A DNA stretch of 64,000 nucleotides, from NCBI GenBank assembly GCA_036172245.1, contig JAYWIR010000016.1, positions 2,914,001 to 2,978,000 of the forward strand, written 5' to 3'. The stretch is from Raillietiella orientalis (lineage: Eukaryota). The notes beneath the pieces were generated by a model. It saw only the letters and a list, made by a program, of their open reading frames with translations. It did no database searches and was not told where the DNA came from. Every line of letters begins with the position of its first letter. Positions within the stretch are counted from its first letter, which is position 1. A program made the position numbers and the translations under genes. Of the stretch, positions 37,658 to 51,767 are shown one piece after another.

Positions 37658-39064
37658 ACATGTCTTGCCTCCAAACAACAAAGCAATAAATCGTTTCTTT
37701 TTGTTCTCAACATTGTATTGATCCTGTCATTTGGGATGTATTGTAAATTCAATTGCTAAAATTTCATCATACAAATTTGTTTTTTATTTTCTCTTGAACT
37801 AGGGTGCATGGAAATTGCCTCAAATGTTATATTGTGACTTAATGGTTAGGTTTCACAAAGTAATAAAAGTTGTATGTTTATGAGAAGGACAAAAGCAGGT
37901 CAATACAGAAAACTGAGAACTTATGAATTTATGTAAAATGATGTAGACAGTTAAGTAATGCAAAGCACTGTGTGGAACATTTCCAGCCCACTTGTGATGC
38001 AATGTAATCATTGCAAATTGGTCTACATTTAGAGAGTGCTATATAAAAAGAAAATCGATAAAATAAATTTAGCATTCGTGTCATTTTGGGGAATTTTGTA
38101 TCAATCCGGTGATTGACACACAATTCCAAGGAATGTACCATCACACTTGTACTGAATATTTCTCAATGTAGAACATTCACAAAATTTGATCCGGGCTTGT
38201 CTAACTAATTTGCCTTCTGTTTGACGCTGTTGCTTTTGTTTATGTGAGTCAAAAAAAAAAGGTCTCCATCAATGCATTTTCCTATCTACGTATTTTATTT
38301 TCTAACTCTGACCTGTAACACATGAAAACCTGCAGCACTGTCAGCGTACATTGATGAGCTGTAAAGAGTGTGTGGTCACGCACAAAACTTATTTTGCTGA
38401 TGTACACGAACACCACTTGTCAGCAAACGTTTTACCTGTCAACTGCGTCTTCGTTTACATTTACGGGACACAAAAAAGTATTCGCATCGCCACGGGGTCA
38501 AAAAAAAACTCCAACCCGCTTTGCAGCAGAATTTCGGGGCAGGCCGAAACAAATCCAAGGTGCTGTAACTGACAGAATGTAAATGAATCTCCGGGTGCGA
38601 CTCTTGCATTTTCGGAAGCGAACACTTCAGCAGCATTTACTCTGCTGGGCACCGATGTTTTCCCAACACTTCAGCTCTACGCCATCGACGTGAAGGTGAG
38701 CGAGGACAAATCGAAGCTGCAGAGGTCAAGGTCATGGGTGGGTAATGTCTTTAGCAAGTTTAGGTTTTCCCGTATCCCGTCTATTTTTCACGTCATTCAT
38801 CACATTGAAAAAATGATGGGGGGGGGGGGGGGGGGAAGCCCCTTTCCTACTCGCAAAATTGAAAAACGAAATGTGAATGAAAATGAATTTTTTCCTACTG
38901 GCTATGATTTCCCACTCGCGAAGAGGTCTGCAACCCCCACACACTGTTTTCTGGCTGAAGAAACGGAACGCAAAATCGTTCGGTTCGCATGTCGAGCTTT
39001 CTGCAGCAGATAAAGTATTCCGGTGAACGATGAAACGAATTATTTATTTATGTCTGTGCCTGCT

Positions 39065-39472
39065 TTACATTGGTTTGCAAATCTTCAAGCATGTTTCCTC
39101 TGCCAGATCAGAGATGGCCACTGAAATCAACGCAGAATGAACGCGAGCGCTCGCAAAGTGCATCCCCCCATCTCCGAATTGGAAAACGTTCGGAAAGTTG
39201 TACATGGGAAAGCACTTCACAACAAGTGGATTTCTAAACTGCAGTACACTGTACGCTTCTTCCTCTTCAGTTTGTGGACGGAATAATTTTGAAGAGCAGG
39301 ATAAAGGCTCTTGCAAATATTTGATCTCGAAGTTAAACTGCTTGCGGCTTTGTTTTCTTCCCAGTCTACTCCCTTTTAGGAAAAGTCTTGAAACGTCTTT
39401 TGTAAGGTTTTGTACGGTTGTCCACTCTTCAACTTTGAAGCATGCTTCTATGATTCCACTACATGGCACCAC
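39065..39472 (-). CDS. Possible exon of an uncharacterised gene
   Basis: 135-codon ORF in AT-rich context, ending at a GTAAAG donor-like site. No recognised homology and no partner exons confidently linked. Confidence 0.25.
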   Translation of the reverse strand: MVPCSGIIEACFKVEEWTTVQNLTKDVSRLFLKGSRLGRKQSRKQFNFEIKYLQEPLSCSSKLFRPQTEEEEAYSVLQFRNPLVVKCFPMYNFPNVFQFGDGGMHFASARVHSALISVAISDLAEETCLKICKPM

Positions 39473-42173
39473 AAAGGGCTGCCAAGTTATTAGCTACATC
39501 TTCTGAAGCTAAAAATGCTTTCAATTAATTGAATCATTAACCACCGCATGCGTTCAACAGTACGGACAGATTCACATTGGAAGATTGAAATAAAAGAAAG
39601 AGATAAAGAACGAGGAAGACAATAAAGAATGGACAAAGGCATGTATTCGGGAAAAAGTTTCTCGAATAACTTACGATGGCTACATGTGTAATATGCATGC
39701 GGTAGTTATCAACCCGATTTTCAGCTGTCCCCTTGAATTCACTTTACAGCTGCTATCAAAATCCATTTTCCTTCTAGTTCCATTTCAGATATCGTCATTA
39801 CAACTTTAATCGAACCATTTCTGATTGGTTCGTGTTTCAGCATGAAAATTTTGGCATTTGAGCCCTTGCCACGTTTCGCTACTGTATTTATATCCCTATA
39901 AATAAACATTTTTTTATGGTTCCTTCAACTGAATCTTCGAAAAAACTGCTGTGCTTAATAAGAATTATGCAAGTTTGCAGGGTGTTTCCAATGGGGAACG
40001 CAAGAAACATCTGAAAGTGACCAGCTCGAAGTGTGTGCTGCCGGTTGCATGCGCCATCGAAACTGCACGTTTCGTCAGTGGAAGGGAAGGCTGTTGATGG
40101 CCAGCGACGGCGAGCACAAGAGACGAAGGCAGATTAACTACCTGATGCCACTGAACGAAAGAAAAATGGGATTTTTGAAAATAGGACGAATGCGATGGAT
40201 GTAGGATTTTTTGTTTGATACCCCCTTTTTGGTCCACATACTTTCGAAGCATAACAGATAAGGCTTCGTACTGGAACCCTTTTCATACAGTATCTAGAAG
40301 AAAATTCCTTTCAGAGCCCTAGTGGTCTTCAAGGAACGTTCTAATGGCGTAAGAGAATCGTATCACAATAGGTGCGAACGTATGGTGGATATTCAAATAC
40401 ACAGACAGACATGGGAATACGCTTTGAATTACTATGAAACTTACTCCATGCTGCTGTCATCAAATCATTTTTTAATCATCTTCAGGAAAAAGTCATTCAA
40501 ATAAATAATTTCATGGTGAACGAGCTACAGATATCAGTGATCGGTGATGCCAAAGGAAAATCTTCAAAGTGAGAAATTTTGTATTTGTGATGAATGAGAA
40601 TTTTTCCACAGGTTGAACGAAGAAATTGCTTGAAACTAATAGGAAGGCGAAAACTTTGTAATGGGATGCATCGAAAAATGCCTGAAATCGGAAATGATCA
40701 CAAAGAGACCTTCATTCTCATTTATCTCCAACATCCTCCCGATAAGAATTTACGAAATCCGAGATGAAACACTAACCGATGCTTCTTGCGTGCTCGACTT
40801 TCCTACTCCAAGGAGCACGGGCTCACGCTTCCTTCATTCAGAAGACACATGCAAAAGGCACCCACACGAATAATCACACCTATCCATTCCGTGTTTTTCT
40901 AGACGGATCCCTAGCACATTATTATTTGATCCACTTTTCTCCATAATTATTTCATAGAGTTGAATTCCAGTTTCTTCTAGATACTCTGCAAGCGCACCTC
41001 CTGGAGTGAGTCCACCCTCCTGTCGCTCTCTCGTAGTTCCTTCCAGTTTGAGCCAAGTTCTGGATCTATACTTCAGCACAAACTCCAAACGATGAGGGAA
41101 TTCTCTTCCGTGCCAGGATCATCCCCGCATATCAGCACACGGAACAGCTGACCAGTCTTATCACTAACTCTTTTTTCTCGATTTCTGCTCCTTTTTCCAA
41201 AGAAGGAATGACCCAAGCCAAAGACTACTGCTCTCCTTTCTTTTTTTTATCTATTTAGTATCCCCTCCTGCCCGTTAATAATAAAACAGTCCGGAACGGG
41301 AAGGAGGGGGTAATAAATAAGTAGAGTCACCGACCTGCGTGTCGGTGGACCCTCCTTGTGAACTCCTTTTTGTTTGCTCTTGGGAGCCGTGTGACCAATG
41401 TACTCGTTCATTTTTGAATAAAGGCATTGCCGGGTAGGAAGTTTCTGCGCACACATTGGAGCTCACGTCAGCTCGGAGCAGAGAGATCATGGAAGAGGAT
41501 CCGCCACGAAGTAGCAGTCTCTGAATGCGATGCCATGACTGAGTTTCTTGCTCTCAATTCAATGATTAGCAAGGATTGCGAAAGACTGTAGGCGTGAGAG
41601 GAATGCTTGATTGACACCGTCGTTCGATCCCGCTCTTGTGCCCAGCTTCCATAAACGCAGCGATCTTCCCTTTGCCCTTCCATCAAAGGTTGAATCGTGG
41701 ATACTACAACGGCTCCTAATTTTCATTCTGTCTTTTGAAACTAGTGCGAAAATTCCTTGAAAAGTCCAGTATCTTCACAGTAGCCTCACAATCCCCCTCT
41801 TTCCCGATCTTGAAAGTTGCGCCTTCGATACTCGAGGAATCACACTCCCTTTGCAGAAGGGTGCATCATCATCCCACTAAAATCAGAAGATTGGAGGGAA
41901 TATCCGAATTCTGAAACGAGGGTGTATTATGGCTGCAATAATCTCGAGCGATTATTAGTAGCTTTGAGTCGGTAAACTGATAAACTTCCTCGTTTTCCAG
42001 TAATATGAAACCTCTCAGGAACAGGTGACGAAGACACGCGTTTTCCGTTTGCTACCCTCAACTTGCAAATGAAATAAGAACATTCGCTGATGACCACGTT
42101 TATTCTCATGAATGAGATGGGGGTTTGTGAATAGTTTGAGCTTCAGAGTTAGCTCAGAGCCAAGAGATCACGG

Positions 42174-42907
42174 AAGCAAACGATCAGGATAGAGAAAGTC
42201 ACACCGGTTACAGAGGATCCGCTGCCGGTCTGTTCTGATGGTTTTCCATGACGTGTGCCCGCCTATTTGGGTGCGCGTTCCGGGAAATCATCAAACGCAG
42301 CCCCCCACTGCATAGGCGTACCAGCAGTATGACGACTCGCTCGTGATCGGTATGATCTTGCCTCGGAAACTGACCAAAGGCCTTGCCAGGAGCAGACTGA
42401 ATTTCTCTTGGGTTCCAGCCGAAGCCTTGCGATCTGTCTTTTGAGACATCATCGGCTCTAAGCACAAGTGTCCTTACTTTTTAAATATACAGGGAATACG
42501 CTCAAGAAAAATCAATGCGTCGTATCCAGAAATGCCTTAGGCAATGAATGTGACAGCTGAATTTCCCAGCGAGCGTCACCTTTATTCTAGAATCGTCAGC
42601 CGACTGTTGGGGTCTGCTTGACGAAGACATCCAACTCCGCTTCCTGTAGATCGACGGAACAAGACACTAGCACATTGCAACCGTTAAAAAGAGGAATCCG
42701 AAAATCCAATACAGTACACGTACGCCTTTGGGGTTGACTTGTTTGTCCTTAGTACTAAGCCAACGCTGCCTACAGTGGGGCTGCGTTTGATGATTTCCCG
42801 GAACGCGCACCCAAATAGGCGGGCACACGTCATGGAAAACCATCAGAACAGACCGGCAGCGGATCCTCTGTAACCGGTGTGACTTTCTCTATCCTGATCG
42901 TTTGCTT
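42174..42907. repeat. Long perfect inverted repeat (131-bp arms, 472-bp spacer)
   Basis: 42174-42304 (AAGCAAACGATCAGG...AAACGCAGCCCC) is the exact reverse complement of 42777-42907. Similarity continues about 13 bp inward with small indels. Confidence 0.95.
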
Positions 42908-45162
42908 GCAACTGATCCAGTGAATCCTGAGCTTTGCAGAGGAGCAAATGCACGAAGGAATGCACGGCCTCTGACCCGCTACAAAATGTGAAATGAGATG
43001 TCAAATTCACTCCGATCCAGAGGCAGGCGCGGCTTCCAGGACCTTAGATCGCCGGTCTTTCAATACATTGCCCGGGGGATCAGAGGGAAAAAACCGCATC
43101 TCGAAATTCTGAAAACATGGATTTTCTTCTCTTCCCCCCCACCCCCACCCCCGACTGCACACAAACACGGCAGCACATTGGGGCGCGGTGGGCTGCTGCT
43201 TGTCGGCGGAGTGGTGAGTTTTACAGCTTTGCTGGAAGGACTCTTCTTCTTCCTCCCTCTTCCTTGAAAACCCATGAGCTAAGACGGATGGCGTGTTTCC
43301 ATGTTCCTTTTACAAATCGGCGAACCCAATAGAAATATATGCGTTGTTTAAAAGAACTCGAACGAGGTCTCCGAGAGACGGTGTTTCTCATTAAAACTTA
43401 AATGTGGTACTGATGTCCAATTTCCTCCGCGGTTTCACGAATGAAACTTTTCTATAGATGTGGCTGATCTTCCCCTAACGCACCCCTTTTACAGAAACAA
43501 TTGTGAATCCGCGTCGGTGGCACTAAATTGCTGGCTCACCTTCGAAGATCTGCCACATTTTTCACGAAGCCTCTGCCGAAACCTCCCAATTCGTTAACGA
43601 TTTCCGAGATTTGTGGGTGCATCCTGCTCTACAAAAGCACCTGCTTGTGCCTGTGAAGTTGGTTTGCAAAGAGATTCACAGTGTTTGCAAGAAGAACGGG
43701 ACTTCCACTGTACCATCGTGTCCTCCGTGTTTCCCGTCACGCACTTCGGAAAAATTTCATTTCGTTCACCTAGGTATAAAATTCTCCTCTCCAGATCCTA
43801 GAGCAGTTTACCTTCCAAAGAAGGGCCCAAGGCTGCTGACCGTTAGCGCATTTCTGTTGACCTCCACGTGATGACAAACGTCAGTAACGCCTGCTTCAGT
43901 ACGACGCAGAAATCCGAGCGTGGTCGTACATTGAGACACTTTGCGACTTTCGTGTGAAACCAACGTATGCGAAAGCACTCGTGCGTCTCGAAAAATAAAG
44001 CCCATTGCCAAAAAGGAGGGAGCACATCGGGAACGCTTCCAATACTCCCTGAAGCAACCATTTTTCCTTCGTTTCCCGTTAAGCGGTGAAGCTATTCAAA
44101 AGATGGTGCACTGGAGAGGGGGGGGGGGGGGACTCCTCAAAAGAAATCCATGAACCTTGAAACGAGAGGTTCGAATGTGAACCTCGGCATCGAATCTTTC
44201 GCAATCAAAGTCGCCCTTCGGAACTCGGATCTCCACGGAACGGGGCCAACCCCTTTAATCTGGTGGTCTCTTCGATCGATTCGGACTTTTGGAGTAGGGA
44301 CACTAACCAAATACGCAAACACTCAACATCACTGACCAAGTCGACAATCATTGCCCGTATGTACACAGCTTCCCAATTAGGGGATCCGTGCCCAAATAAT
44401 TAGGCTAGTGCAAACACTGATTGGCACACACGGTACGAATCGTGGTTTGAAACACCTTCTTTCGAACCCATAAAGATCCTGGGACGCGTTCAATAAGACT
44501 CTTTGAACAGTCGGCAAAATACCAAATGAGAAAAACATCTGCATCGGTTTCACAAATGAAAGCACCGTGGTGGCAGGGCGTGTTAAATGAGGAAGAAAGC
44601 GCTGATTTACGTCCTGCTTCTCCATCTATGCGAAGGAGAATACTTTGCAGCCGACGGTGAGCAAAACCCACCGAGACGTTCACTTCTTCACCGATATTTT
44701 AAAAAAAATGTATACAAGTATGTGAGGAAAGCTGAATACGTTCTGATGCCGAATGTCCCTGAATGATCGCGGCACAATCACAACCGATCTGCCAGCATTC
44801 TGTGAAGGATTCCATGAAACAATCTTTAAAAAGAAAGTAATGCAATCTAAGGATTTCAAACAACGCGCTCAAATATGTTGGGAATTCAATCCCATGATAG
44901 GATTGCATGCAACACTGCATTAACGTACGCAACCTGGGTGAGAAAACGAAATCCAAAATGGAAAATCTGCTGTGAAAGTTACCAAGGTGCACAAAATATT
45001 TCGACCATGAAATTCATGAACTATATTTCATTTGTAAAGTTTGCTGTCGTGTATTTTTCAAGAATTATTTGCTTTCGATACTACTTCTCCGTTTTGCGAG
45101 GCTTGTGATACGAAGTAAAGCATAAATGAGTTACCAGCCCGACACATGAATTGATACTTTGA

Positions 45163-48100
45163 TCAGTAAGGTTCTACTGCATCTTCAGCATACAAAGATT
45201 TCCTCTCACGCAGTTTTTCTTGGGAGTACCACGTTCCCAACGTTACAGGTTCTAGCTTTAGTCCTAACCTAAAAGAATAAATCGTAACCTTACATCATTC
45301 TATCTTTAACTTACTTGAGAAGGTCTGAAACTGTTTCTTCCACTTGGTTACTTTGACAAACAACTACGCATTGACGCTGAGAATCACAAGAAAGGAAAAG
45401 GCGTTTCACGTACTTGGTACCAACACTGATCATCTGTCCTGCAGTCACCTGTAATACTTGCTTAAGAAGATCTCTAGAATTTCGAATGAATGCATGTCAT
45501 CAATATGACTATCACACCTGCTGTAAGATTTGCCAACTCTCCTGTAATTGCAAACTAGAGACTCTTGGATTGCCTCTCCAACTGTTTTCTCATTTTCAAT
45601 CAATTCATAGGCAAGGGAATTTCTTGCAGAATCTAACAATGTGCTTTCCACTTCATACGTCGGGTTCATGATTGTATGCAAAACATCATATGTCTCCTTG
45701 TATGCCATGGCTACATGTGCACTCTGAGAAAGCTCTAGATATGATAACCCTTTCTCTGGATGAAAAGTAATTTGGAAATCATATGCGAGTCCTGAGCCAC
45801 GAATTCTTCTCCACAAAGGGCCCTGAAAGCATGGACATGTGAATTCGTAAAGTCAAACGTAACAGGCACCTCCACTTGTGTGATGTATTGAATGAAAAGA
45901 ACCAATGGTGCAATTTCTGTGCTTTCATACGTATCAATGCAAGGAGCACTTTGAAAAAGCATCGAGGAATCTTGTGAACCAAGACCTACGATAACACCCG
46001 TGCTCTCCACCTGGGATACGTTGAACTGCCAATCATATGGAATCTCAAATCTCCTGCAACAAACATAAGGTGGGGTGACCACTTTAATTTACTATGTATC
46101 ATACTCCATTTCTGTGGAAATGGCATTTTCAGACTTATAGAATATATCCCACGGTTTTTCCAAATCAGACTCTTTAGTCACAGCTGCAAGACATGAAAGA
46201 TCAGCTGCCATGTAAATACTAAGATTAGATAGAGCATGAAGTTGTGTATATGCAGCAGTTAAATCATCCAAGACTTTAGCAGCGCCGTTTTTTTCAGACA
46301 ACTTTCTTATAACACCTCTCAGAAAATGCACCTGATGCAGCACATTTGTATGATGATAATTGGATTCTGATAAGTAGATATTTTCTATGGCAACTATGGA
46401 ATATTTCACCTGATGTATAACGCAAATCATTACATAATATCGTCAATACTTCTTCAGGTTTTCTTATCATTTCCTCTGCTGTTTTTAGCATTTTTGCTGC
46501 TACCACTTTGATTCTAGATGGTTGAAACCATGAGGAATACAATAGATCATGGAGCCAGCGGATGCCTCTTGCATATTTCAGCATTTCCACCTTTAAAGCA
46601 GCACTCCCGTCTTAGTCTCAAGCAAATTTACTTTTTTACCTTCAGCATGAGTGTCAGGACCTGAGCATAGGGACCACATGAAAAAGAAGAATCCTCATAC
46701 AGTCCTAATGAAGCACTTGCATCTTGTGTATCAGCCTCCAAGCCAGCTGCAACTTTAGTGTATGAAAGAGTCCTGTGATTTTTTATGCCTGATTCTAGAA
46801 GCAAACTTTTCAACAAAGGGAGATAGCATTTGAGAGTAACTGGGAGAATATCTGTGTTCATCTGTACCATTAACTACAAACCAAAAAGAAAATGAACAAG
46901 ATGAAATTTGACTATGGAATCGACACTGGAAAAAAAAAAAAAGAAAAAAAAAAATACTCACTTGCACAAAATGTGTCTTTACATCATCCACATCAAACCG
47001 GATCGGAATCCTATTCAAGTTGAAATGTGGTGCCTCCCCCTTAAGTTGTGGTCTTTGATTACTGTAATGCACAATTTCATGACGGGTGATCTCACTGGCA
47101 TCCAGAATGGGAACACTCAAAAGTAGTTCATCTGGAGGAAGGACCTGTAATATAGAGATAATAGAATCTTTTGCTATGATTTCATCAGCTTTAACTAACA
47201 CTATTTTCTTCTTGAGCACTAGAAAGTTGCTGTTGCAAGTGTTCCAAACCGTCATTGCCTAGCATTTTTATCTGAGATTCAATGCGTTCTAATTCGAATG
47301 CTGATGAAGTCTCTACAAGTTTGTGACTTGGATGTCCAAGAACAACGGCACACGGTGATGATAAAAAATAACGATTAAGAAGAGAAAGCCAGAATTCCTC
47401 ACCCTCTTCTTTCAGCTTTTCGAGTATCTTTAACTCATTTACTCGGATATTTAACTAAAAAAATTTAGAACCTTGAGTTCCAAATGAAACTTACACTCTC
47501 CACACTGCCTCCATAAATAGCATCTCCTATCACTTGTTCCGTTATCAAATCATGAGGTGCTTCCTCCATTTGGTTTAGCTGTTCCAAGCACAGACGATGA
47601 ATAACATTTTTCATTCTTTCTAATTTGAAAAAAAAATCTCTAGACGATGGATTCTGAATTTCCCTTAACACATCCATCAGATGTGCATGTATTTTTGACA
47701 TTTTGTCAGGTGGAACACTACTAAAGTGAATAAAGAATGCTGATGAAGAAAAATTCAAAAGTTCACATGTGACATCACTAGCAAAGGCATCATCAACATT
47801 AACAAATGCTTCCTGAAGAGGACTACATGCTGACTGATGCAAATAATCCAACAGTACCACAATGGCACAGACTCTGATGATAAAAGTAGATTTGAGTTAT
47901 TCTGAATCTCAAAGTAACACACTCATAGAATTGTGAAAGCAATGGTCCTCGCCAGCCAATAAAAACAATGCCCCAGTTTTCAAAATCACAAGGATATGAG
48001 ACCTCTTCTATAACCATCTCTGTAAACAATGGCACTGCACTCTGCCAGGGACGATGAATCTTATTTGCTGCTTTCTGAAATTGATATCCTATGCCACAAT

Positions 48101-51100
48101 ATTTCAACAAAAGCATGCCTGGAACTTTGTGCATCTATGTCAATTTATTATAATAATGAAAACAGGGGCTTTGATAATTCCTAAAACAAACTCTTTAGCA
48201 CAGCTAAATCACTTTTCTGCATAATACTTCAATGAGAGATTTCACTTTACATTGACTTGTGTCAGCAAATATGACCAAAGTTCAAATATGTGCTAACAGT
48301 TTTGTATACAAACTTCATTATGGATTATTATTTTGTTGACAGTTTTCTCCACAACTCCTCAACTCCACTACAAAAGTACTTAAAGTAAATTTTACTCGTA
48401 TACCATGGATCATTTAATTGTAAAACACAAAATTAAAAATAAAAAGTCTGAAATATTTACTACTAAAATCATCACTATGCAAACTCCTGCTAGGAAACAT
48501 TTTTCTCCAATTTTTCGATTATGTTTATCATTCCTCGTAAATAGCATGAATAAGCTTAAAATTAGAAAAAATGTGTATATTATTAATTCTTAGCATATAA
48601 CATTCTTAGACCAAGTGTTAGAGAATAGTAGCAACATTCTGCATTTATTGTCCTGTTATGCACTGCACTTGACAAATGCAATGAGTACGTAATTTAACAT
48701 GCTGCATATAATGGATAGAAGAGCAAATTAAGTTAAAACAGTAATGAACTTAAGAACTCTTGGACTAGATGACCAGAACACTTGAAACTCATGGCAATCT
48801 CTTCATCATTACTTAATTAGAAGTCATTTGTGATAATCAAAACACCAATATAAATTGCTTCTTTTCTAGTTTTATAATTAATTTGCCATTGCTTCTTTTC
48901 TAGTTTTATAATTAATTTGCCATGATTTTCTTTTAAATGTTTGTGCCCTTCTAGATCAATATTTTTTAGATGCTTTTTCGTCATGCTGCTGTATGCAAAG
49001 CAAATTTTCATTTCTCCAAAACTTTTGTCTAATATTTATTGATAAATTACAAAGTCTCCAAATATATACAAAAGCCCTAGTTTCAGCATGGGATCAAGGA
49101 GTCTGAAGATAATATCCAAACACATAATGAAAAGCATAGAACTAAGACAACTGGAAAAGAGCAATAAGACTCGTGAAAAATTAGGAAGAAATATGCATGA
49201 AAATTTGTTAAACGTCACCAATATTGCATGCTAGCACACCATGATAACAACTAAAATGAATCTAATGTAATGGTGATCACATAGGCATTTACTTTAGGAA
49301 AGTATGTGAACATCCCATGATTTCAAATAACGAAAATTACCAATGAAAAAAAACTGGACGAAAACAATAATGAAAAAACCGAATCTAATAATCCTTCTTC
49401 AGAAACAGCAACAGCAAGTGCACAACAGGAGAATGTGAAAGCTGGCAGTTGGATTTGAGAATAATGCACATTTTTCAACTATTAGATACATACATATTAC
49501 AAATTTGGATTACCAACATCAAAATATATAACTATTCTGTTACTGATGTTAAAATACTTTGAAACAGACAAAGGATGCATGCAGTTTTTAAACAATGCAA
49601 TTGTATATCAAGAAAAACACGATATATGATCATAAAAGAATTATTCAGAGTCATTCAAGAATCAAAATGCGCTTCTGAAAAATTAAAATACTTCCTTGGA
49701 CTGATGCTGCTATTCAGTGATATGATAGAAAAGAACTAAACCATACTCTAATTCAGAAACAAAGGAAAGAACTCAAATTTCATATACAAATTCATAGATT
49801 TTAAACAGATGAAAAGAGGAAATACTGACAATAAGCATTGAAATAATTATTGATCCATAATAGGAATAGGTTAGAATGTTCAACATATGGAAATATTCAC
49901 AAGTATGTTAAAAGAAAAATATATAACTGTTTGTGATAAAAATCATCTACATAGATGTTAACATCCCAAAATTCAAAAATAAGGATAAGAATTCAGGAGT
50001 GAATCAGCATCATGTTCATTTGCATACCATGCAAACACTCACTTCGCTGTATCACAAAGACCACCTGGAGAACAAACACTGAAAATTCACCAAGAGACAA
50101 ACATAAAGAAATTAGAAAAGCAATCAAATGTGTTCAGATACATTAGTATCTTCTAACCCAAAAAGTTCGATAGTTGAGCATAAGAGAAAGTCGGAGAGGG
50201 AAATAAGAAAACCAGATAAAGATTGGAAGCCTTACTTCACTGGTAGTGAAGAATGAAATAAAGAGTTGAAGATGACCAAACCAAACAAGCTGTGGACTGT
50301 GGCATTTTCTTCAAATGTGACAAAAAGGAATTCTCATTGAAAACTGTATTTACATTTAAGAGACCCTTTTCATTTATTATCACTTTCATAGATGTATTAC
50401 TTACTGCAGCGATTAATTTGGCTTCCACTGGTAGAATCACTTTGAGTAGATTATCAACCTGCACTTTACCACATATAATGAGGGATGAGTTTTCCGGCAC
50501 ATAAAACTGTCTGTGATATTCGCGCACCTAATATTTCAACATATCAGATTACAATTAAATGAAATTATAATAATAAAAATATTACCTTTTTATTGGAAGT
50601 ACTTTCCCTCAAATTTTTAAGAAGCCCTCCAGTGACATATCTATAACCACAATTACCAGGGTAAAGTAGCTGTAAAAGTCTTCTTCTCAGAATGCATTCT
50701 CCAACATTTTCACATGCTTGCATCTCACAATACACAACACCAGCATCTTTGCCCATTTCATTTATATGGTGTACTTCAGTGATAAATGCTGAATCCTACA
50801 ACAAACTGTCTTCATAAATAATGCTATGAATGATACAGTTTAAATATGTGCCTCAAATACTCTAAGGCAATATTTCCAAGATTCTATGAATATTTGAAAT
50901 ACAATACCTTTAACAATGGGAAAAAAATATGATCTAAGTAAATTGGTAATAAGTTAAGGAAGCCCTGTGCACCAGCTGTCATCAAAGTGTAGGATGTGTG
51001 ATCAACATCTAAAAATATCATGAAATTTCTATATATACCTTGAATGATATTTTTTAATATACTTATGATTTAAACTATAACTGAAAAATTAGGAAACAAT

Positions 51101-51767
51101 TTGTTTCGTTTCTGTTTGTGTTCAAAGGATTTTAATGGGGAAGCAAACAAATCAGAAACCATTCTGATTTGGAAATCATAAAATCGGAAACAGATGTCTG
51201 TAGGGAGCTGTGGATTAAACCCACATAATTCCTCTTTGCAACAGGAATCCACAAAGATACATTTTCTGTAACCCACTATGTCTCCTTATTTGTTGTTATG
51301 AGGAAGGGGTGTAATAATGATGAGATTGGGGAATTAGTGAGTAGATTAGATGGCAAGAATTAGTTTATGAGAATATTAATTTTCGGTATTAAAGGAGGAG
51401 ACAAAGAGATGGCATAAAAAAATCATATAGCACATGTTACCAGTCCACGCATTTGTTCCAGAGGCCAAACATCGATTAGCAAGCATATCCAGTACACCCT
51501 TGTATGGATAATCTTGACTTCCAAGGAAAACCAGATGTTCCAAAGTATGCGGAAGCCCATCATCATCATGAGCTTCTGTGCCTGCAAAAGCAGTGTTATC
51601 TGCATTTATAATGAAACTCAACTTATAACAAAACTTCCGTGTACTATAGGTCCTTCAACATCTGCTACATAAATGGCAAGACCAGTTTGAGTTGACCTGT
51701 ATTTCTTTAAAGGTATTCTATTCTCGAATAAAATGTCTGCTTCCAAGTTGAAACCAATAGTTTCCAT
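45163..51767 (-). CDS. Zinc metallopeptidase, M16 (inverzincin) family, C05D11.1/presequence-protease-like, multi-exon
   Basis: ATG at 51767 (METIGFNLE). Exons 51767-51623, 51581-51441 (DDDGLPHTLEHLVFLGSQDYPYKGVLD, inverted HxxEH), 51008-50908, 50795-50586 (DAGVVYCEMQ, Y..GG), 50527-50405 (REYHRQFYVPEN). After a 2.3-kb intron, further exons run from 48074 down, including WRRIRGSGLAY, to a last exon 45268-45163 ending in TGA. Confidence 0.93.
48854..48921. repeat. 34-bp tandem duplication in the peptidase intron
   Basis: ATTGCTTCTTTTCTAGTTTTATAATTAATTTGCC occurs twice, exact and adjacent. Confidence 0.9.
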
